64,000 bases of DNA from Dehalococcoidia bacterium. Its GTDB lineage: Bacteria; Chloroflexota; Dehalococcoidia; Lucifugimonadales; Australimonadaceae. The position numbers and the translations under genes are program-made. The stretch is from assembly GCA_965208625.1 (NCBI GenBank), contig OZ242348.1, positions 1,629,344 through 1,693,343 of the forward strand, given 5' to 3'. How positions within the stretch are numbered: position 1 is the first letter of the stretch; each line of letters begins with the position of its first letter. Shown here in pieces: positions 36,291-46,321 of this stretch. A model generated the notes under the pieces. That model did no database searches. It was not told where the DNA came from and saw nothing but the letters and a program-made list of their open reading frames with translations.

Positions 36291-36595
36291 GGCGCATCGC
36301 GGCAGTTCTGCTGGTTTCCGCAGCGGCGGCGGTCTCCGCCGCCGCTGCCCACGAGGAGGAGGCGATGCTCGCGGCCTTCGATGGCGTGCTGACCGCGATG
36401 GCCTATGCGGCAGCCAGTCTCGCCGTCTTCGCGGTGGTCTGGGCGGGCTTCGTCCTCATGGCCGAGGGGAGCGAGTCGCGCAGCGCGGGCCGCGCGCGCA
36501 ACGCGGTGGCCGGCGCTCTCCTCGGTCTGGTCATCGTCCTCTCCGCGAAGGCCATCGCTCTGGTCCTGCGCAGCGGCATCGTCCCTATCCCGTAA
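36287..36595 (+). CDS. Second VirB2/TrbC-like small membrane protein
   Basis: GTG start overlapping the upstream TGA. Signal peptide plus two TM helices ('AMAYAAASLAVFAVVWAGFVLM...ALLGLVIVLSAKAIAL'). Confidence 0.45.
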   Translation: MRRIAAVLLVSAAAAVSAAAAHEEEAMLAAFDGVLTAMAYAAASLAVFAVVWAGFVLMAEGSESRSAGRARNAVAGALLGLVIVLSAKAIALVLRSGIVPIP

Positions 36596-36621
36596 CCACG
36601 CTCACCGAAAGGAGCACAACC

Positions 36622-39006
36622 TTGCGAAACCTCATCGAATGGACCCGGAGCTTGGGCCTGCGCGTCCTGCGCAAGGGCATCGTCTCCATCCCCTTTAGAA
36701 GGAACCCCGCCCTGCGAAACCTGGCCGAACGAACGAGGCACATTGCGGAACGCCTCGTGCGCCGAACAAGGCCCATCGCGGGACGCCTCGTGCACCGGGC
36801 GACGCATGTCGCCGACCGCGCCCTGCGCAGAACGCCCGATGCCGGCCGGCAGCCGGGAGAGCCCGTTGTAAAACCGCCGCTGCCGCTGCCGCTCTGCTTC
36901 ATGCTCTCCCATCTGGAAGACGACGGACCCGTCCGCATCGACGGACTCAAGCTCGGCATCTTCGAGGTCATGGGCCTCGAACTCGACGAGCCGAAACTCG
37001 GAGCGTTCGCGGGCGCGTTGAATGCTCTCGACTTTCCGCTCCAGCTCCTCATCCGCCAGCATCCGCCCGATCTCAGCCGCATGCGGGAGCGCCTGCAGGA
37101 AGCCCAACCCGGCGATCTGCCGCCGCAGACGCGGGCGGCGTCGGAGTCGCTCCGCGGCCTGCTCAGCAACCTGGAACACCGCGACGGCATCCTCGACCGC
37201 CGCTTCTATGCCGTCTGCCCGTTCGACCGCGCGGGCGATCTGCGCGTCCTGCTCGGCAAGGCGGGTCTGGCTGCCCATCCCCTCGCAGGCCGCGCTCTGC
37301 GCCTGCTCCTGCTCGCATCGGCCCTCGGCGGCTCGCCCGCCGACCGCGACGAGGACGAACAGGTGGAGGTCACGGTCAACCGGCGGGAGGTCCGCGTCGG
37401 TGAGCACCTCATCCGCTCGCTGCACCTGGGGCGCTGGCCCCGCGCTCTCGCTCCCGGCTTCCTGCAGGGGCTCATGGCCGCGGGAGCGCCCATGGATCTC
37501 GCCATCCATCTCGGCCCCATACCAGCCGAGCAGGCGGCCAGGACCCTGGAATGGCAGAAGGTGCGATTCGAATCCGCCCAATCCCTCTCGCTGCGCAAGG
37601 GCCGCACCATGTCCCCCGAGGCCGAGATCGCACTGGAGGACATCACCCGCCTCCGCGACGAGATACAGCGCGGTCGCGAGCGCCTCTTCCACTCCTCTCT
37701 CTCCATCACCCTCCATGCGAAGGACGACGATGCGCTCAAGGAGATGACCCAGCGCGCCCGGGCGCACTTCGCCGCCACGCTCGGCAAGCTCGATACGCTG
37801 CCCTTCCGCCAGCGCGTCGGCATGCTCTCGACGCTGCCCATCGCATTGAATGCGGTCGCGGAGTGGCGCAGTCTCGACACCTCATCGATCGCGCGCCTAT
37901 TCCCCTTCTCTCCTCCCGATCTCGATACCCGCAGCGGCACTCTCTATGGCATCGATCTGCGGGCCTGCTCCCCCATCGTCTACGACCCGTGGGACGGCAC
38001 GCATCTGAATGCCAATACCGCCGTCCTGGCCCGCTCCGGCAGCGGAAAGTCGTTCTCCACCAAGCTCGGCATGCTCCGGGGTCTGACACGGGGAATCACC
38101 GCCTATGTCATCGACCCGGAGGGTGAATACGCCGACATGGCACGCTCCGCGGGAGGCCGCGTCCTCTCTCCCGGCGTTCCGGGTCAGGGCATGAATCCCT
38201 TCGTCATCAATCAGGGCGATGCCGAGGAGCTTCTGCTCCGCATCGGCAGCCTGCGCCGCCTCATCGAGGTGATGGTCGGCGAGCGGCTCAGCGCCGAGCG
38301 CCGCGCCGAGCTCGATCACGCCCTCGCTGGCTACTACTCCGAACCGCGCGAGCGCACCGGCTTCAAGGACTTCTACGCCTACCTGCAGGACGGTGAGGAC
38401 GAGGTGCTTGCGCGGCTGCTGCGGCCATTCGCCACCGGAAGCCTCCGCCACCTGCTGTCCGACGAGGGCGACGATCTGCTCACCAACGAGGCGCTCGTCA
38501 CCGTCTTCGATCTCCGCCTCCTCGAACCCGAGCTGCGCCCCGCCGCCGCCATGGTCTGCACCGAGACCGTCTGGGCCGCGGCGGCCCAGAACCCGAAACC
38601 CCGCCTGCTCGTGGTCGACGAGGTGTGGAGCATCATGCAGCACCCCGAGGGCGCGGCCTTCATGGTGTCGATGGCGAAGCGGGCAAGGAAGCACCGGCTG
38701 GGGTTGCAGTTCATCACTCAGGACGTGCAGGACCTCCTCTCCGAGGACACCTCCCGCGCGATCACCGGCCACTCCGGCAGGGCGCTCCTCCAGAATGCCG
38801 CCTTCAAGCTGCTCCTGCAGCAGGATGCAGCCGCCATCTCAACCGTGGGGGAGGCCTTCGATCTGCCGGTCGACCTGCAGCGTTGGCTCCTCTCGTGTCC
38901 CAGGGGCGACGGCCTCCTGCTCGCGCGCGGAGGAAGATTCCCCGTCCGCATCGAGGCAACGGCGGAGGAGGCCGATGTCATCGAGTGGCGGCCCGGCAGG
39001 CACTAG
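36622..39006 (+). CDS. VirB4/TrsE-like T4SS ATPase
   Basis: Walker A 'ARSGSGKSFST', Walker B 'LLVVDEVWSIM', 'LQFITQDVQDLL'. TTG start 8 nt after GGAG. The alternative ATG at 36901 would leave the 33-bp repeats non-coding. Confidence 0.8.
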   Translation: MRNLIEWTRSLGLRVLRKGIVSIPFRRNPALRNLAERTRHIAERLVRRTRPIAGRLVHRATHVADRALRRTPDAGRQPGEPVVKPPLPLPLCFMLSHLEDDGPVRIDGLKLGIFEVMGLELDEPKLGAFAGALNALDFPLQLLIRQHPPDLSRMRERLQEAQPGDLPPQTRAASESLRGLLSNLEHRDGILDRRFYAVCPFDRAGDLRVLLGKAGLAAHPLAGRALRLLLLASALGGSPADRDEDEQVEVTVNRREVRVGEHLIRSLHLGRWPRALAPGFLQGLMAAGAPMDLAIHLGPIPAEQAARTLEWQKVRFESAQSLSLRKGRTMSPEAEIALEDITRLRDEIQRGRERLFHSSLSITLHAKDDDALKEMTQRARAHFAATLGKLDTLPFRQRVGMLSTLPIALNAVAEWRSLDTSSIARLFPFSPPDLDTRSGTLYGIDLRACSPIVYDPWDGTHLNANTAVLARSGSGKSFSTKLGMLRGLTRGITAYVIDPEGEYADMARSAGGRVLSPGVPGQGMNPFVINQGDAEELLLRIGSLRRLIEVMVGERLSAERRAELDHALAGYYSEPRERTGFKDFYAYLQDGEDEVLARLLRPFATGSLRHLLSDEGDDLLTNEALVTVFDLRLLEPELRPAAAMVCTETVWAAAAQNPKPRLLVVDEVWSIMQHPEGAAFMVSMAKRARKHRLGLQFITQDVQDLLSEDTSRAITGHSGRALLQNAAFKLLLQQDAAAISTVGEAFDLPVDLQRWLLSCPRGDGLLLARGGRFPVRIEATAEEADVIEWRPGRH

Positions 39007-39043
39007 GACGCACCCCACGAACGACAACACGTGCGTGAAGCGC

Positions 39044-41530
39044 ATGGAAAGGAAGGAACCCATGAGACCGAACGGCCCATCCGACAAGCGAACCGTCGCC
39101 AGAGAACCGGTCCTGCTGGCGGTGACCCCGCCGCGCAGCGGCGAGCGCACCCTCCTCGGCGTCGAGAATCTCCTCGCCTCCATCGCCGTGCCGGAACCCT
39201 TCTCTCTCGAGCTTGCGGGCGATGCCGATGGCGTCACCCTCATGGCCCGCTGCCAGGACGGCCAGGTGGTCAGGAGCCAGCTCTCGGCCCACTATCCGCA
39301 GGCGCGTATCCACGAGGTCGCGCCGGAGCACGACCCGCTGCGCCTCGAAGACGGCGAGCAGGCGTGGTCGATGACCCTGCGCGCCAGCGGCCCCGAATAC
39401 GTCCCGTTGCGCACCTTCCGCGATGCCGACCTGACCGAGCCCGGTTCCGATCCCCTCATCGCTCTGATCGGCGCGCTCGCCGGCCTGCGCGACGGAGAGC
39501 GCATCGTCGCCAGGCTGCTGCTGCGCTCTCTCGGTCCGGGCTGGGCGGAGCACCACCAGCGCCTCGTCCACGAGCGCCCTGCACCCGGCACGGCGCAACC
39601 TCCGCAGGCCGGGACGCCGCAGGCAGCGGGCGGCCTCGGCATGGCCGTCCTCGGCATCGGCGCATTCATCGCCCTCAAGGCGTATCAGTGGATCCAGGCG
39701 GACGAGATCTGGAAGGCCGTCCTGCTGGGACTCGGCGTCACGGCCGGGCTCATCGCAGCCGGATGGGTGAAGGCGCGATTCTTCAAGCGCCCGCCCGTCT
39801 ACGACCCGATGCTGATACGCGAGAAGATATCCCGTATCGCCTTCGATGCCGAGATCCAGGTGACGGCCGTCCTGCCCGCGGACACGGAGCAGGAGCGGGC
39901 GGATGAGATCCTGAAGCCGGTGGCCGCCGCCTATCGCCACTACGACAATCCCGCCGGGGCCAGCTTCAGGGTGGGACGGGTGCTGCCCGCCGCTCCCGAT
40001 TCCGGCATGCTGCACCCGGCAGGCGCAGGCCTCTTCGGCAGGCGCAGCGTCCTGGGAGTCCGAGAGGCCGCCTGCCTCTGGCACCCGCCCGGCGCCGGCG
40101 ACGAGACGCCTCTGGTGGAACGCTCCGGCGCACGGACGCTCAGCCCATCGGCCAAGGGGATCGGGGGCGGCGCGCCGGTGGGCGAGGCCACGGCGGGGGC
40201 GAAGCGAGAGATCCGCTTCCCAGACGACCTGCTCCGCCGCCACCACCTCTATGTCGCGCGCACGCGCATGGGCAAGTCCACCCTCATGCACCACCTCGTC
40301 GCCCACAAACTCGCAGAGAAGGCGGCAGGACGCGACCCCGATGCCATCGTCGTCATAGACCCTCACACCGATCTCGTCGGCGGCCTCCTCGAACACATCC
40401 CCGAGTCTCTCATCGACCGGGTGCGCCTCATCGATCTGTCGGACGAGGCGCGCTCCCCCGGCATCAACCTGCTGGACACCCGTATCTTCGCCGACCGCGA
40501 CAGGACGGCCGACTCCGTGGTGCGCGTCGCCCGGGGACTCTGGGAGCAGTGGGGGCCTCGCATGCAGTCCATATTGGAGTTCATCGTCAAGAGCCTTCAC
40601 GAGGCGAACGAGCAGGTGGAGGCGGAGACCCAGTACACCATCCTCGACGGCCTGAAGCTGCTGTCGGACGATCCCTTCCGCAAGAATGTGCTGAAACGGG
40701 TCTCAGACCCCTACCTGCTGGAGTGGTGGGCCAGGGACTTCTCCTCGTGGCACCGCCAGTACCGGGCCGAGGCCCTCGCCCCCGTCCAGACCCGGCTCTC
40801 CTACTACGCATCCTCCAAGCGGGCAAGGGCCATCCTCGGCCAGCGCCGCTCCACCATCGATCTGCGCCGCACCATCCACGACGGCGGCATCCTCCTGGTC
40901 TCCACGTCGCAGGGGACGGTGGGCAGGGATGTGGCTGCGCTCGTGGGAGCGTCCCTGCTCAATCTCGTGGACGCGGTGATCCGGGAGCAGGGGAGCATGG
41001 CGCTCAGGGAGCGTCGGGGCGCACTGGTGGTGGTGGACGAGATGCAGTCGATGCCCGGCGTGGACTACGAGTCGATGCTCTCCGAGCTCGGCAAGTTCGG
41101 CGCGTCCTTCATCCTCGCCACCCAGAGTCTCGCCAAGCTGGACGACCTCTCTCTCACCATGCGGGAGACCATCCTCGCCAATGTGGGCTGTCTCGCCGTA
41201 TTCCAGGTGGCCGGAGCCGACGCCAGAACGCTGGTGTGGGAGCTCGGCAGGGACCGCGTGTCCGAGGAGGACATCGTCTCTCTGCCCGTGCACCACTGCT
41301 ACGTCCGCGCCACGGTGGGAACGGAGCGGATGCCCGCCTTCTCGATGATGGTGCGCAGACCCGAGGAGGGAGACCCCGCCATCGCCGCCCGCATCCGCGA
41401 TGCGGCTGCCGCCTACACCATCTCAGCGCAGGAGATCGCCTACGGCGAGGCAGAAGGCCACAGGAAGGTGGAGGAGTTCCGCAAGGGCGTCGAAGACATC
41501 GAGAGCGCCGAACGGGAGGAGTGGGAATGA
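39044..41530 (+). CDS. Type IV coupling protein (VirD4/TraG/TcpA-like)
   Basis: Two TM helices (about residues 190-240), Walker A 'ARTRMGKST', Walker B 'ALVVVDEMQS', 'FILATQSLAKL'. Confidence 0.8.
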   Translation: MERKEPMRPNGPSDKRTVAREPVLLAVTPPRSGERTLLGVENLLASIAVPEPFSLELAGDADGVTLMARCQDGQVVRSQLSAHYPQARIHEVAPEHDPLRLEDGEQAWSMTLRASGPEYVPLRTFRDADLTEPGSDPLIALIGALAGLRDGERIVARLLLRSLGPGWAEHHQRLVHERPAPGTAQPPQAGTPQAAGGLGMAVLGIGAFIALKAYQWIQADEIWKAVLLGLGVTAGLIAAGWVKARFFKRPPVYDPMLIREKISRIAFDAEIQVTAVLPADTEQERADEILKPVAAAYRHYDNPAGASFRVGRVLPAAPDSGMLHPAGAGLFGRRSVLGVREAACLWHPPGAGDETPLVERSGARTLSPSAKGIGGGAPVGEATAGAKREIRFPDDLLRRHHLYVARTRMGKSTLMHHLVAHKLAEKAAGRDPDAIVVIDPHTDLVGGLLEHIPESLIDRVRLIDLSDEARSPGINLLDTRIFADRDRTADSVVRVARGLWEQWGPRMQSILEFIVKSLHEANEQVEAETQYTILDGLKLLSDDPFRKNVLKRVSDPYLLEWWARDFSSWHRQYRAEALAPVQTRLSYYASSKRARAILGQRRSTIDLRRTIHDGGILLVSTSQGTVGRDVAALVGASLLNLVDAVIREQGSMALRERRGALVVVDEMQSMPGVDYESMLSELGKFGASFILATQSLAKLDDLSLTMRETILANVGCLAVFQVAGADARTLVWELGRDRVSEEDIVSLPVHHCYVRATVGTERMPAFSMMVRRPEEGDPAIAARIRDAAAAYTISAQEIAYGEAEGHRKVEEFRKGVEDIESAEREEWE

Positions 41531-43188
41531 GAACCGAAGGATGTGAGGCCAGCCTGCTCCGCGCCCTGGCTTCGATGCCCTTCCTCGACCGCCAGGAGAT
41601 GGTCGCGATCACCGGCTGGTCCAGGGGCGCGGTCTACGAGGCCGTCGAGAAGCTGGAGTCCGGCGGGGCCTGCGCCTCCGTGCTCCACGCCGCCGACCCG
41701 CTCTCCCCGTCGCGGAGGTTCCACCTCACCGCCGCGGGGCTGAGACGGGTCGCAGACGAAGAGGACCGGCTCCTTGAGTCCCTGCTGGGCCACCGTCCCC
41801 TCTCGGCGCAGTGGCGGCGCAGCCTGATGGAGCGCCTCGATGCCCTGGCCTCCATCTACGGCATCGCCTCCGCCGTCTCGGATGCTGCATTCCCCATCCG
41901 GTTCCGCTGGTACCGGGCCTCGCCGTTGGACGCCGCAATGACCCTTCCCGACGGGAGGACCGTCGGCGTCGTCCGGCAGGGACCGACCGCCGACCGCTCG
42001 GGCTTCGCCAAGCGGCTCTGGCGGTTGCGCGGGGGGCCGATGCCCGGTCTGGTCCTCGTCCTCATGGCCGACGACGTGCGGCTCAGGCATACACGCAGAC
42101 TCCTCTCGGCCACCGAGGTTCCGGCCCTGCTCGCCCTCGAGCGCGAGGGGGTGGTGGCCGGGCCGGACGACCGGATATGGAGCCCGGCCGGGGTTCGCGC
42201 CGCCATCGATCTGCGCCATGCCCTCGACCGTACCGTACCCGGTGGCGAGCTGCCCGTGGAGGACCAGCCGCAGCGCGTCTCGGTCCCCGCCGACCTGGAC
42301 TTCAGCGGGGTGGCGGACGTCTCCGACCAGATGCTGCTCGTCCTGCTCAAGCCCGCCGAGAAGCGCGCCCTCGACCTCATCTCCGACTGGCCCTGGATAG
42401 CCCTGGGCGACCTGGCCGGACTGCTCGGTGTTTCGCCCCAGAGGGCCTCCAAGGTCGTCATCCCCCTCGAAGGATTCGGCCTCGTGGCCCGGCCTCGCGA
42501 AGCGGGAGGGCGACTGGCCCTCACCGACCGGGGGTTGGCTCTCCTGGCACGCAGGGACCGCACGTCGGTAGCCGTGGCAAGGAGGCGGTGGAGCATCGCC
42601 CCTGAAGACGCGGATGCTCCCCTCGGATGGCGCAACGTCACCGGCGGGCGGAGCCGCCAGCTGCTCAGGAACATCGAGCACACCGAGGCCGTGCACCGCT
42701 TCCTGGCCGCCATGACCGCCCAAGCCCACCTCCTGGGGTGGAGCATCGTCCAGCTCGACCCGCCCAGAAAGGCGTCCCGGCACTTCCGGCATGACGGCGG
42801 GATGCGCGCCGTCAACCCCGATGCTTTCGGCATCCTGCGCAACGGCGACACGCTCTGGCCCTTCTTCCTGGAGTGGGAGCGCCGCGCCGTGCGGCCCTCG
42901 ACCATGTCGGACCGCCTCGCCCCCTATCTGCGCTATTACTCATCGCACAGGCCGATCGACGACCACGGCGCAAGGCCCGCCGTCCTCATCGTCTTCGACG
43001 ACGAGACCGCCCATACCCAATTCCTGCGCGTGGCGCGGGAGGAGATGCGGGCCGAGCAGGCAACCATTCCCCTTTGGGTGTCCCACAGGGAGGCCATCGC
43101 CGCCCTAGGGCCGCTGGGACGCGCCTGGCGCTCCCCCGCCGGGCTGGGAGTCGCCTCAGGCCATGCCGCCCCCATGAACGACAGTTGA
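41527..43188 (+). CDS. Replication-relaxation family protein (putative relaxase) with wHTH domains
   Basis: 'HTEAVHRFL...VNPDAFGILRNGDTLWPFFLEWERR' is a Replic_Relax-like core. Start overlaps the upstream stop (ATGA). Confidence 0.6.
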   Translation: MRTEGCEASLLRALASMPFLDRQEMVAITGWSRGAVYEAVEKLESGGACASVLHAADPLSPSRRFHLTAAGLRRVADEEDRLLESLLGHRPLSAQWRRSLMERLDALASIYGIASAVSDAAFPIRFRWYRASPLDAAMTLPDGRTVGVVRQGPTADRSGFAKRLWRLRGGPMPGLVLVLMADDVRLRHTRRLLSATEVPALLALEREGVVAGPDDRIWSPAGVRAAIDLRHALDRTVPGGELPVEDQPQRVSVPADLDFSGVADVSDQMLLVLLKPAEKRALDLISDWPWIALGDLAGLLGVSPQRASKVVIPLEGFGLVARPREAGGRLALTDRGLALLARRDRTSVAVARRRWSIAPEDADAPLGWRNVTGGRSRQLLRNIEHTEAVHRFLAAMTAQAHLLGWSIVQLDPPRKASRHFRHDGGMRAVNPDAFGILRNGDTLWPFFLEWERRAVRPSTMSDRLAPYLRYYSSHRPIDDHGARPAVLIVFDDETAHTQFLRVAREEMRAEQATIPLWVSHREAIAALGPLGRAWRSPAGLGVASGHAAPMNDS

Positions 43189-43259
43189 GAAGGATGAACG
43201 GCGGGAGCACGGCCCGCGGGCCGCGCCCGTCAACCACTGGATGGAGGAGAACGAAAGCC

Positions 43260-43541
43260 ATGCGTTCACAGAAAAATGACAAGGCGAAGGGACCCCGGAG
43301 GCGTGGAGGACGGACCGGCGTCCGGCTCGACGCGGCGGCCCTCTGGAGACGGCTCGAGTTGCTGAACCGCTCCCAGAGCTGGCTCGCCGCGGAGGCCGGG
43401 ATCAGCCCCGGATACCTCTCCTTACTGGTCAACGCGGGGCGAGCCCCCTCCGGTCGCATCCGCCGCCGGATGCAAGAAGCCCTCGGCGTGGATGACTTCA
43501 ACGAACTCTTCAAATTGGAGGATGGAGATGCCAGAGACTGA
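43260..43541 (+). CDS. XRE-family HTH regulator
   Basis: 'LNRSQSWLAAEAGISPGYLSLLVNAGRAPS'. Confidence 0.7.
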   Translation: MRSQKNDKAKGPRRRGGRTGVRLDAAALWRRLELLNRSQSWLAAEAGISPGYLSLLVNAGRAPSGRIRRRMQEALGVDDFNELFKLEDGDARD

Positions 43542-43824
43542 CTACTTGTCCCGTTTCCACGAGAACGTCGGACGGTTCACCGAATACGAGTGGAGCCTGT
43601 CGTCCGGCCGGTTGATGCCGGAGGACTTCATCGAGCGATTGGTACGCCTCAAGGAGGCCAGCGGCCTCACCTGGAGCGGCATGGCCCGGGCCATTGGCGT
43701 CGACTACAAGCAGATGCTCCGGTGGCGCAACGGTGTCGTGCCGAGCGGAGGAGCCATGGACGCCCTCTACCGGTTCGCACGCAGGGTGCCCGGAGGACTG
43801 GACATCCTGACGGGCGAGATCTAG
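43522..43824 (+). CDS. HTH-domain protein
   Basis: 'LKEASGLTWSGMARAIGVDYKQMLRWRNGVVPSG'. Confidence 0.6.
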   Translation: MEMPETDYLSRFHENVGRFTEYEWSLSSGRLMPEDFIERLVRLKEASGLTWSGMARAIGVDYKQMLRWRNGVVPSGGAMDALYRFARRVPGGLDILTGEI

Positions 43825-43971
43825 CGACGAGGCCCCGCCCGGACAGGCGCAACGGCGGCATTGGCGGGGCCTGAAACAGCATGAAGCCGCACGGCGCTCG
43901 CCCCTCCCGTCCGCGCCGGCGGCACATCCACCGACCCGTAGCGAGAGGCCCACGACCCTGTAGACACACTG

Positions 43972-44199
43972 TTGCTACTACGCGATATGAAAGATACGAA
44001 CGGAAAGAACAGAAGGCGAAGACACGCGGCAGATGCCCCCGAGATAAGCATCGTCGGGATCGACATCAAACCCGCGCCCGATGCCGAGGAGCGATTGCGC
44101 CGCCTCTTCACCATCCTGCTCAAGCCGGCCGAGGACGATCTGCCCCCGACCGGGACGGACCCGTCATCGGACGACGGCATCAAGCAACCATGTGCTTGA
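43972..44199 (+). CDS. Hypothetical small basic protein
   Basis: 75-aa ORF only. No motif. Confidence 0.25.
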   Translation: MLLRDMKDTNGKNRRRRHAADAPEISIVGIDIKPAPDAEERLRRLFTILLKPAEDDLPPTGTDPSSDDGIKQPCA

Positions 44200-44364
44200 T
44201 GGCTGACTGGACGAGGCGGGCGATGGAGTTGTGCCAAGACGCGCTTGCGCCCCCTGTCCAACGGGTTAGAATGGTGGGCAGACGGTGGCCCGGCGATGCT
44301 GAAACATCCCGGGCCGTGGCGCCACCTGATCGGACAGGTGATGCGAATAGATGCTACTACTCGC

Positions 44365-44400
44365 AGACCCGCTCCGACAGGAGGCGGGTCTTTCGATTTC
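44365..44400 (+). terminator. Intrinsic-terminator-like hairpin upstream of the recombinase gene
   Basis: AGACCCGC-N11-GCGGGTCT followed by TTCGATTTC. The recombinase RBS GAGGAGGG follows. Confidence 0.5.
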
Positions 44401-44423
44401 AGAGGATCTCAGAGGAGGGAACC

Positions 44424-46313
44424 ATGGCGAGCAGCACGAGTAAGCAGCAAACCGGCGGGCAGAGGGCGGCCATCTACGCCCGCGTCTCCAGCCAGGGACA
44501 GGACACCGAGGACAAGACCTCCATCTCCGAGCAGATCGCCGACATGGAGGCCCACTGCCAGCGCAGGGGGCTGACCATCGCCGCACGCTACCAGGAGGTG
44601 GGCCGGGGATGGACGAAGAGCCGCCCGGAGTTCCAGAGGATGCTGGCCGATGCCAGAGCGGGACGGTTCGACACCATCGTCTGCTGGAAGTCGGACCGGC
44701 TCAGCCGCGGCATGTATCCCGCAGCCGCCCTCATGGAGGTCGTAGAGGCATACCAGATTGAGATCGAGGCCGTCATGGACACCATCGACATGAAGACCTT
44801 CGGCCTGATGGCGGCCATCGGCAAGATCGAGCTGGACAACTTCCGGGAGCGGGCATCCATGGGCAAGCGCGGCTCGGCCAAGCAGGGCCGCATCCCGGTC
44901 AGCAACATCCCCTACGGCTACCGCATCGGGCAGGACCGAAGGCCGCAGATCGTGGAGGCCGAGGCCGAGATAGTCCGCCGCGTCTTCCACCTCTACGTCC
45001 GCGAGGGAATGGGAGGTCCCGCCATCGCCAAGAAGCTGACCGCCGAGGGCATCCCCACGCCCAGAGCCGCCGTGCGGTGGCACCACCGCACGGTCACGCG
45101 CATCCTGACACTCGATGCATACAGAGGCACCTGGTGGTTCGGCAAGCTCCGCCACGTCGCCACCGAGGCCGGAATGAGAAGGTACGACCGGCCGGAGGAC
45201 GAGTGGATCGGCGTGCCCTTCCCGCCGCTGGTGGACGAGGAGACCTGGGAGCTGGCGCAGGAAGCGAAGAAGCAACGGCTGACCCGTTCGAGCCGCAACA
45301 CCAAGGTCTTCTATCTCCTGCAGCATCTGGTCAGGTGCGCCGAGTGCGGGCACCTCATGGGCTGCAGGGCGGCGAGACGCCAGACCGTCAAGGGCGACGG
45401 CAAGGCCTACGGGTACGAGGTGGATACTCTCCAACGCTACTATAAGTGTTACGGCATGCTGAACGAGGGCGTGCGGTGCAGGGAGCACCCCTATATCAGG
45501 GCGGAAAGGTTGGAAGAGCGGGTCTGGAGCGAGGTCAAGAAGGTGCTGGAGAATCCGGGCCTCATCGTCGCCGGTCTCGAGGTCCTGGCCACCCAGGCGG
45601 AAGGCGGCGGATTCGCCGAGGAGATTGCCAGGGCGGAGCGCGAACTGCAGAGGGTTCAGATGGAGGAGGACCGGGCCATCAGGCTCTACGTGTCGGGCAA
45701 GATCACGGAGAAGCAGTTGGACCATCAGCGCAGGTTCATCACCGAGCGGCTTGAGACTCTGCGGAAGACGTTGGACGACTATCGCGCCAGTGAGTCGGCG
45801 CAGGCGGAGAAGCGGATGCTGGGCGAGCACATCGTGGAGTGGGCGCGCCGGGCTGGCGACAGGCTGGACGGCCTCTCGGACGAGGGACGAAGAGAGGTGC
45901 TGCAGCTTCTCCTGGATGGGGCGACCATCGACAGGGACAACAGGGTCAAACTGACGCTGGCCATCCCGATTGAGGATGCTGTGCCGATTGCAGGACTGGA
46001 GCCGTCTTCCCCGCCCACATCAAGGCCCTCGCCGACCCCACGCGTGATAACGGAGCGAGGACCCGCGCCGCCCGGTCCCTCCTCATGCGCGCCCTTGCAG
46101 ACGGCCCTCGGCCCGCCGCTCAGGTCGAGCGCGAAGCCGCCATGCTCGGCATATCCAGGTCCACCCTCGTACGCGCCCGCGTACTCTGCAACATCAAGGC
46201 TTTCCGCGTCAGCATGCCGGGAGTCCCGAGCGGTCCGGGCGCGTGGTACTGGTCGCTCCCGGACACCCACGCCCAACAGGACGGCGCCCCCGCCGCGCCC
46301 TCCGAACCTGTAA
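44424..46313 (+). CDS. Large serine recombinase (integrase)
   Basis: 'AAIYARVSSQGQ', 'WKSDRLSRG', a recombinase domain, Zn-ribbon 'CAECGH...YYKCYG' and a coiled coil. The last approx 100 codons are Pro/Ser/Ala/Arg low-complexity, so the true C-terminus is uncertain. Confidence 0.85.
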   Translation: MASSTSKQQTGGQRAAIYARVSSQGQDTEDKTSISEQIADMEAHCQRRGLTIAARYQEVGRGWTKSRPEFQRMLADARAGRFDTIVCWKSDRLSRGMYPAAALMEVVEAYQIEIEAVMDTIDMKTFGLMAAIGKIELDNFRERASMGKRGSAKQGRIPVSNIPYGYRIGQDRRPQIVEAEAEIVRRVFHLYVREGMGGPAIAKKLTAEGIPTPRAAVRWHHRTVTRILTLDAYRGTWWFGKLRHVATEAGMRRYDRPEDEWIGVPFPPLVDEETWELAQEAKKQRLTRSSRNTKVFYLLQHLVRCAECGHLMGCRAARRQTVKGDGKAYGYEVDTLQRYYKCYGMLNEGVRCREHPYIRAERLEERVWSEVKKVLENPGLIVAGLEVLATQAEGGGFAEEIARAERELQRVQMEEDRAIRLYVSGKITEKQLDHQRRFITERLETLRKTLDDYRASESAQAEKRMLGEHIVEWARRAGDRLDGLSDEGRREVLQLLLDGATIDRDNRVKLTLAIPIEDAVPIAGLEPSSPPTSRPSPTPRVITERGPAPPGPSSCAPLQTALGPPLRSSAKPPCSAYPGPPSYAPAYSATSRLSASACRESRAVRARGTGRSRTPTPNRTAPPPRPPNL

Positions 46314-46321
46314 ACGGATGA
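46085..46321 (+). CDS. HTH-like ORF overlapping the recombinase tail (possible gene fragment or small DNA-binding protein)
   Basis: 'LADGPRPAAQVEREAAMLGISRSTLVRARVLCNIKAFRV...GAWYWSLP' is a pattern I associate with C-terminal HTH domains of mobile-element proteins. The frame is open from 45974 with no good start. Confidence 0.3.
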   Translation: MRALADGPRPAAQVEREAAMLGISRSTLVRARVLCNIKAFRVSMPGVPSGPGAWYWSLPDTHAQQDGAPAAPSEPVNG

